Assembly (NCBI GenBank): GCA_024704765.1
Contig: JAKMXF010000335.1
Location: 62,001 to 126,000 of the forward strand
DNA: 64,000 bases
Source of the DNA: Oopsacas minuta
Lineage: Eukaryota > Animalia > Porifera
Direction: 5' to 3'
Shown: one piece after another, positions 56,868 through 64,000 of the stretch
Layout: each line of letters begins with the position of its first letter
How positions within the stretch are numbered: position 1 is the first letter of the stretch
The notes under the pieces: model-generated
What the model was told of the DNA's origin: nothing
Database searches by the model: none
Seen by the model: only the letters and a program-made list of their open reading frames with translations
Translations under genes and position numbers: made by a program

Positions 56868-59800
56868 CAATAGATTAGTTAGAGCGATAGGACAATACGA
56901 CACATTCAATATTGATTTAAGCAAAGAGGTACAGCAATTGCCAGCCTGATCGATTCCGCCAGCCCTGATTCTTACACACGTACATATCAGGGTGGAGAAA
57001 ATAACGGCCAAAGGTGAACTGTTGCTGGATTTTGGTTTTTGGCTGGACATAGCATGTTTGTAATATTATTGTTATCATCATGTGACAAGTCCGTTTTTGC
57101 AAGACAATACACTCAAAATATGCCCGAAAAAGAGAGACAGTTTAATCATGGATAATAAGACAGTGTAAAGTAATCAAATAGTATTTTTACAACAGTCAAT
57201 GACACTAAGTTGAATAATATACAAGCAGTGCAAACTCTATAATTGGGGACCCAATAATAAGGAACCTCGATACTCGGGCCAATTGTGGTCCATATTCGCT
57301 CATTTCCATAGGAACGAACCTCTACAAGCGGGGAGTGGAAAAGGGGACACTGGCTTACATCATTAAAATCAACCTCTATAGAATGGGGAATTTGCAATAA
57401 GGTTCATTGAAATATACAAATTTGGAAAATGTTCACTTAAGCATCCCTATGACCATTTGAAATATTTTGATTTCTAAGAATAAATATTTTCCATATTATA
57501 TTTTCAACAAATAAACCTAGAAGATATTATAAAAAATTGAATTATTGAAGAAAGTCATTAGAGGAAGTGGCTATAGAAATTGACTCAAAAACTCTCATTA
57601 AAGGATACTTACCGTTGAAATTATATGTGGGGAATGGGGGCATATCCGAACTTTTTTAGAAATTTGGTAGACCTGACGGTCTGTATTTATCGGATATCAC
57701 AGTTTCTGGCTACAAAAGAACATTTTCCATCTGCTGGAAATTGTTCGGCGAGCAAGAAACTTGCATCCTGTATGTGTATGGCGGGCTTAACAAAATTTTA
57801 TCTATTCCAAAAATTTGAACCAACATTTCTCATCAAATTTTAATCTATTAGTTAGTCTATTACGTAGGTTAAACATTACTCGAGCAAATGCGTATACAAT
57901 AAAGTTTGTCAAGTCACTTCAATAAGAAAAGTATAGAGTAGAAATCATTTTCAGAGAAAGTAGGCCGGATTGCAGCATATACTTATTGGAGATATAGATC
58001 CAATAATGTATGGTAATTGAACAGTTACGTAGCAAAAACTGTGAATATTAGTGAAGATTGCATAATTTTGACATCCAAATAATCCGAAATGATATTTTAA
58101 GAATCAACAGAATTTTGTAAAAATTGTGTGACGTCCTATTCACCCAGTTTCCTACGCCTTGTAATACAAATTTATATGTAATATTATGATCTATTTGAAA
58201 TGCAACAATAATTTCTTGAATTACGAATCGAAGTTTAAGAAAAATGCATGAAATCTGTGAAAATCTCGTCTCGTGTCCCTCCACAATGAAAACGTATTGA
58301 CGATAATGTTATCAATAATTGATATGAAAAATAATTGGATCTTAACTAGAAGATAAAAGCCATAATTTCACCAAAAATATTTTCAAGAAATTATTCAAAT
58401 TATTGATTTAATGAAGCTAATCAGATTATAAATATTATAGTATTATCTCTCTTCATGATGAAAATACAAAATCCCAGAGAGCATTTATTATATTTCATTA
58501 TACAATAGAACCTCTATATTAGAAAATTAAAACAGCAGTTAGAGTAGCTTAATATGAAATTATGAACCAAGCCAGCGGGATATGCAAAACTCAGCTTTAA
58601 TTAAATAATTTTGTCCTCTACCTGTCATATGATTATTACATCATTATAAAACATTATTGGATTCTTTTACGTCAAATATGTGAACTCAATAATTTATGTA
58701 AATATTTCTTTCAATACGTAGAAAACCTTTCAAATAAGTTACTCAGAAATGAATAACATTAACCAATGAACCTTTATATTATTGCTCCCTTGCTGTCATA
58801 AATATTAATTATTGATCATCTTATGGAAGTATGGAAGTATGTATCTACGTGTATCTTATCTTAACATATATATTTTTTCAATAATTATCGAGTTCTAACC
58901 GCAAATTTAGCAAAGTGACTGTAACAACTTTTTCGTGCAATGAATGTGTTCAAAAGTATCCAGTTTTTACTGTAATTGAATGTTCTGAGAAGTTTAATTA
59001 CGAAATTTTAGTAGAAATATTCGACAAAAGTCGCTATTTAACCGAAACAAGTTAAACATTGCATAATGACGTCATATTCGACAGAAATTGTCTTTTGATA
59101 ACTATGGTTGATGAAACGGTAAAATTTCCAAAATTATGGCCGCAATCAGCTTGGTCAGGTATCAACCGAACCAACATTTGAATTTCTAACAAAAATATTA
59201 TTTGTCAACCGAACCAAATTTGGTGGTTCATATATTCTGTATGGGTCACCTGACCAATTGAAATCTGCCTGCAAAGAACCTGAAAATGACATTTGAGCTC
59301 TTTAATTGAATTGACAAATTCTAAGCTAACCAACTTAAATTTTGAGAATAATCACTGTGTTAGTTTGCACTAGATTTATGTTGGGAAATGTCGAATGCTA
59401 GACAGAATTACCTCACGTTAACTTCTTCAGTTTCATGTACTCTTTTGCAAACTAACACATCAATTAGCGGTTTACCACACTAAATATTTTCACAAATAAA
59501 ATCTACACAATCAGACTTCTCCAACGAAAATATCTCTATCGTTTTACACTGAACAATATAACTACATTGTGATTGTATTGTGGTTGTAGTCAGGTGATTA
59601 TAGCACGTGCGTGTGAGAATGAATCATAGTCACTATTAGTACACATTTCATACATGAACTTTGTGGTAGTACGAATTACACAAAGATTTGAAGTAATACA
59701 TATTGTCGAATTCTGTAAAATAACACATTATAGGATATTCTAAGTACAACTCCTATAGCTATAGATGGGGATGTCCTATTGGCGTGGGAGATGTACTGCG

Positions 59801-60976
59801 TTCGTATGTCCGTCCGGACGGTTGGAAATCTTTTGAACAGGTTCTCATTTTGTTCACTCACTTAACTCAATTGCATTTTGCTTCATCGACGTCACTAATT
59901 AGTAATAATTAGTTTTCTACTGTTATAGATTGTGTATCATTTATATTTATCAGAATTATGGTGATTATAATTTTATGCCCGTATAAGGATTCATATACTG
60001 AACGAGTGTAAATATTTAGAAATAAGATATATGCGTCAATTAATCATGATGGAACCGTTCAGATTCATAGCATAGCGGCAATGTTTTAAACTAGTGTTAT
60101 TAAACTTTTCAGTAATTACACCCCCTTGATATTCTGAATCAATTATTGCACCGCCTTTTGGCTTCACAAATTCACAGTAAGGTAATGTCTGAGTAAAGGA
60201 AATAGGAAATATTTGCATACAAGTCATTGAATTCCACCAGATTCATAGACTAACAAGAGGGTAATCAATTAATGACTATGGATAAATGGGTAAATACAAT
60301 CGCAAACATCCTTGTAGACTTTAAAGTCATTACTTAGTGTAAATTGATGTAAAATTTTAACCAAGCGAATGGTGAACCTTGGATCGGGCTATACTTGTAA
60401 CTACAAATGTAGCGAAATACTATAGAATATGAATAATCTGACACTAGTTTGGACATCAGAGCTGTCAGGTTTTGCAGTTTCCACTGTCTCATATTTGCAC
60501 CAAATATTAACATACTTTCCAATTCCCGATACAACACTAAATATCCATGACAAAGATTGCAATTACGTCATATTGAAGGACACTATAATCTGTGAAAACC
60601 TAACACAATCAAATTCATTCGACATTTTTAACACTTCAACAATTAGGAATTTTTCTGATTCTAAAGGTAACCACATAGTTCAATAAGAAATAATATTATT
60701 CAACGAACTAAAACATTTATATATGATTCGGTAATTTCTAAAAACCAAATTTCCAATAAATCTTACAGCAAACTCTATTTAAAGTAATTATATAACTCTG
60801 TATAATTAGTCACACTATCGAACTATTAATAATAGTTAGATCAACTGATTCAAATTGCTAATTGTCTACACACACACTTTATGCTATCGATATGCTAATA
60901 ATAATACCTCATCTATTTAGCTGTAGGCGCTGAGCAGGAATCTCACAGCAATCGAACAATCAAGCATATTTAAGAC

Positions 60977-62041
60977 ATGAATAATAGCGCAGAAATACAA
61001 ATGTATCATTTAAAGTTTATTTCTACAAATATTGTTGAACGTTTACAGAAAACTTTCAATGCATTTAAGTCAATTAATATTCTATCTGTTTTACAGACAG
61101 ATTTATACAGCAAATTACAGCAATCTCTCTCCGTAGCGATTAACCTTACAAAATGTGAGTTTATAAGTAAAATGAATACAAAAATACAAATCATGCTATT
61201 CGAGGGGTTTCAACAGATAAAACAAGATTTCACACATACAGCGTCCTCAAAACGCGCGTTAATGAGGTTAAAACTTGGATTATACCAGCCAGTTAGCGTG
61301 GTACTACTCAATGAATGCACTTCTTTTCATTTCGAGATTGTATCGCTAATTTTCGCATTCTTAGATAACGAAAAGATAATTTACAAACTGGCGAATTTGG
61401 GCATGTCAACAATCGTGAATACAATTATAGAAACATTGATACAGTTTCATGTGATTATTAGTATCAGTTCTGATGAAGCAATTGTTAGCGCATTTCATGA
61501 AAAAGCCGCGAAATGGGCGCTAAATCAACTACAAGCACCGCTACACGATCTTATGTTGATGATAAAAATGTCAAGTGAATATCATGGGAATTATCTTTTC
61601 AATTGTGAGTTCCTTTGTCGTGAAGGGGTTCGTAGAATCAATACCAATATGTATCCTGAATTAGATGCAGGCATGAAATTATGGCTGATAGAATTGGTTA
61701 ATGGAATCAAGAAAGATATTAACAGTTCTCCTATTTGGGCTTTCAATGAAGATTTGAATGAATTGGAAACTGCGTTTACTAATATGCGGAAAATTTCGGA
61801 GAAAGAGGTGGAAGGATGGATAAAATTCGCAGTTGATTCTGAATCTAAAGTTGGTAGCTATATGCCGCGATATATCACTGAAAAAGATAGATCGGATTTC
61901 CGTGCGAAATTCAAAAATTATATCAAAGAATTCAAAAGAGAATTGTTGAAGACGAAATCGTCCGGGAAAGATGGATCTAAGCAAGAACCAAAGATAATTG
62001 AGAAACTTGAAAAACCAATTCAATTACTTGAAAATTTATAA
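60977..62041 (+). CDS. Uncharacterised 354-aa protein, predicted largely helical
   Basis: 1065-nt ORF in very AT-rich DNA; no motif recognised. Confidence 0.65.
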   Translation: MNNSAEIQMYHLKFISTNIVERLQKTFNAFKSINILSVLQTDLYSKLQQSLSVAINLTKCEFISKMNTKIQIMLFEGFQQIKQDFTHTASSKRALMRLKLGLYQPVSVVLLNECTSFHFEIVSLIFAFLDNEKIIYKLANLGMSTIVNTIIETLIQFHVIISISSDEAIVSAFHEKAAKWALNQLQAPLHDLMLMIKMSSEYHGNYLFNCEFLCREGVRRINTNMYPELDAGMKLWLIELVNGIKKDINSSPIWAFNEDLNELETAFTNMRKISEKEVEGWIKFAVDSESKVGSYMPRYITEKDRSDFRAKFKNYIKEFKRELLKTKSSGKDGSKQEPKIIEKLEKPIQLLENL

Positions 62042-62878
62042 TATTATTTTAATTATTGCAAAAGTTTTGAAATACTATAAGAATTATGAATTTTGATCTC
62101 TTGAATTTTGCTAATACTTAATTTCATTAATGGTTTAAAGACATATTTGCCACATTCCAACACATTCTTGCGTTGCTATGGAGAATAAGGCTAGATCAAG
62201 GATCAATTTGTAATTGAGGATTTCAATAACCTAATATTCTAGTTATTCTATACTTTTGATATTTATCCAAAGTGGTTATAACCCAGAGCCTTATTAGGTA
62301 TCAAAGCAATTATTTACAACACAAGAAGTGGAATAAATAGCTAACATATACACGAACACAACTGCATTAACAAACCTGTATCTGAAGAACAAACAGTACA
62401 GATTATATAATACTGGATAGGTGAGTTGAATTCTTCATTCAATATCTGAGATTCATAGTAAACCAATTAAGAGTAATTTCGACATTGTGTTCAAATCCTG
62501 ACACTATAATAAAAGTAGAAAATGTCTACAATTACTACAAATAATTCTTATAACTTTCCGTGGTTTGTTATGACCAAAAACTGGCCTCTCTATAGTAGTT
62601 ATTCAACCATGGATGGTGGATATAGTTTATCTGCTTGGATGTTGTTTCTTGGTCATTTTGAGGCTCTCTTCGCTTAGTTGGAAGGGAATTTGAATAAACT
62701 AAATTCACCATCCATGGTTAAATAACTGATAAGCATTTAGGTGGACTATTTTCGTCATAGCAGCACTTTTCAAATCTATAAGCCCAATACTCAAAATGAA
62801 ATAATCCATCTATAATATAATCGTCATAACTAATATTATCAAAAGATATTATTTCTTAAGATACAAATAAGTGAATAA

Positions 62879-64000
62879 CTAATTACTATTTGGAGTTTCA
62901 ACTAATAACTGAGCAATAGCCTCAATAACTTTCTCATGTACATCAATATCTAATCCATCTACTCGTAGTCCCAATTCTTTACTCATTCCATCTCGAATAC
63001 CTAACTCACACATGACTGATAATAATTTCCTCTGTTCAGTTTTCGAAAATAAATCCTGAGATTTATGAGTACATATTTGATATCTAACCCCATTCATTAC
63101 ATATCTTCTATGTATTATACAGTTTCTCGCGGCTAATATTCCCGCAGCAATTGCGTAACCTCCCCAGTTAGAAACGCCAGCTGATACCAAGAAATCCGCG
63201 ACATTTGTATTCCCAATTAAATCCCCCTTATCAACATATTTAGTCACATTCTCACTTACTTTACCCATGCCCCATTCATTGCCACCATCTCCAACTGATA
63301 TTGCCTTTTTGAATAACATTTTCCCGTTTATTTCAGTAACTAGCTCGCCACAGTATTGAGTAATGTCAACACCTTTCATTGTATAATATTTCCCATCTTT
63401 CGCAGGTCCACTGTGTTCAATGGTAAGTAAGCAGTCGTATGGATTATCATTTGAAATAGATGATGCCATAGAAGCGAGAGATTTCAATTCAATTCCCTTT
63501 TCACTCCATTCAAATTGTGCCAAACATTTGCTTAGAATATCCCCCATCAGTTTGCGACTGTAGAGTAAAGTTACTTTCTTTCCGAGACTAGACAATACCT
63601 TAGCAACCGCAAAGACACCTGGAATTCCGTCAGTTTCATAAGGAACTTCGAACTCGAAATGACATGGAAATTCACTAATAATAGCTACGGTATCAGAGTG
63701 AGATAAATAGAGACATGATTTCAAGAGATCACCTTCAACGACTAAATTAGTCATACCGCGATTATTCAAATCATTTGAAATCAAAACCTGTAGTTTATTG
63801 ATGACGTCAGCTGTTTGTGATGATACAAAGGATACAGCTACATTTGGTGGATTGTTAAATACAACCATTTCACTGGGAGCAATTGGCTTAGGCTCAGTCT
63901 GTATATCACTGATGAACATGTGACCAGGGTAATGACTGAATACTCTATCGATTTTAGCGGACATGATAGCATTCTGTGTTGTAACACCACACCCCCAAAA
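62879..64000 (-). CDS. DGLUCY: D-glutamate cyclase (end of DUF1445 plus DUF4392); 5' part beyond the window
   Basis: The frame is open to the window edge: FWGCGVTTQNAI..FSHYPGHMFISD. Also ETDGIPG, GDGGNEWGMGKV and AGVSNWGGYA. Confidence 0.9.
   Translation of the reverse strand, partial: FWGCGVTTQNAIMSAKIDRVFSHYPGHMFISDIQTEPKPIAPSEMVVFNNPPNVAVSFVSSQTADVINKLQVLISNDLNNRGMTNLVVEGDLLKSCLYLSHSDTVAIISEFPCHFEFEVPYETDGIPGVFAVAKVLSSLGKKVTLLYSRKLMGDILSKCLAQFEWSEKGIELKSLASMASSISNDNPYDCLLTIEHSGPAKDGKYYTMKGVDITQYCGELVTEINGKMLFKKAISVGDGGNEWGMGKVSENVTKYVDKGDLIGNTNVADFLVSAGVSNWGGYAIAAGILAARNCIIHRRYVMNGVRYQICTHKSQDLFSKTEQRKLLSVMCELGIRDGMSKELGLRVDGLDIDVHEKVIEAIAQLLVETPNSN

Overview
AT-rich (roughly one-third GC), intron-poor animal genomic DNA. 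The gene style suggests a non-bilaterian, most likely a glass sponge such as Oopsacas, but this is inference only. Intact conserved genes: a 4-exon GLUT10/12-like sugar transporter, 3-exon MIPEP, intronless nucleophosmin (NPM1-type), a 5-exon Glass zinc-finger factor in about 29 kb of otherwise gene-empty DNA, and the 3' part of D-glutamate cyclase. Between MIPEP and NPM1 (about 15-30 kb) lies a fast-evolving accessory island. It holds an inverted, gene-converted SUSD2-like pair, a VIT-vWA protein fused to a minimal USP-like protease with intact Cys-His-Asp, and an intronless 989-aa bacterial-type ferritin-like (VioB/RebD-family domain) fusion gene bracketed by inverted copies of a toxin-linker-like pseudogene, plus a Gypsy/Ginger integrase relic. 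Several lineage-specific surface-protein genes are split by +1 frame offsets, while the housekeeping genes are clean. Many MITEs are present. No rRNA, tRNA or CRISPR array was seen.
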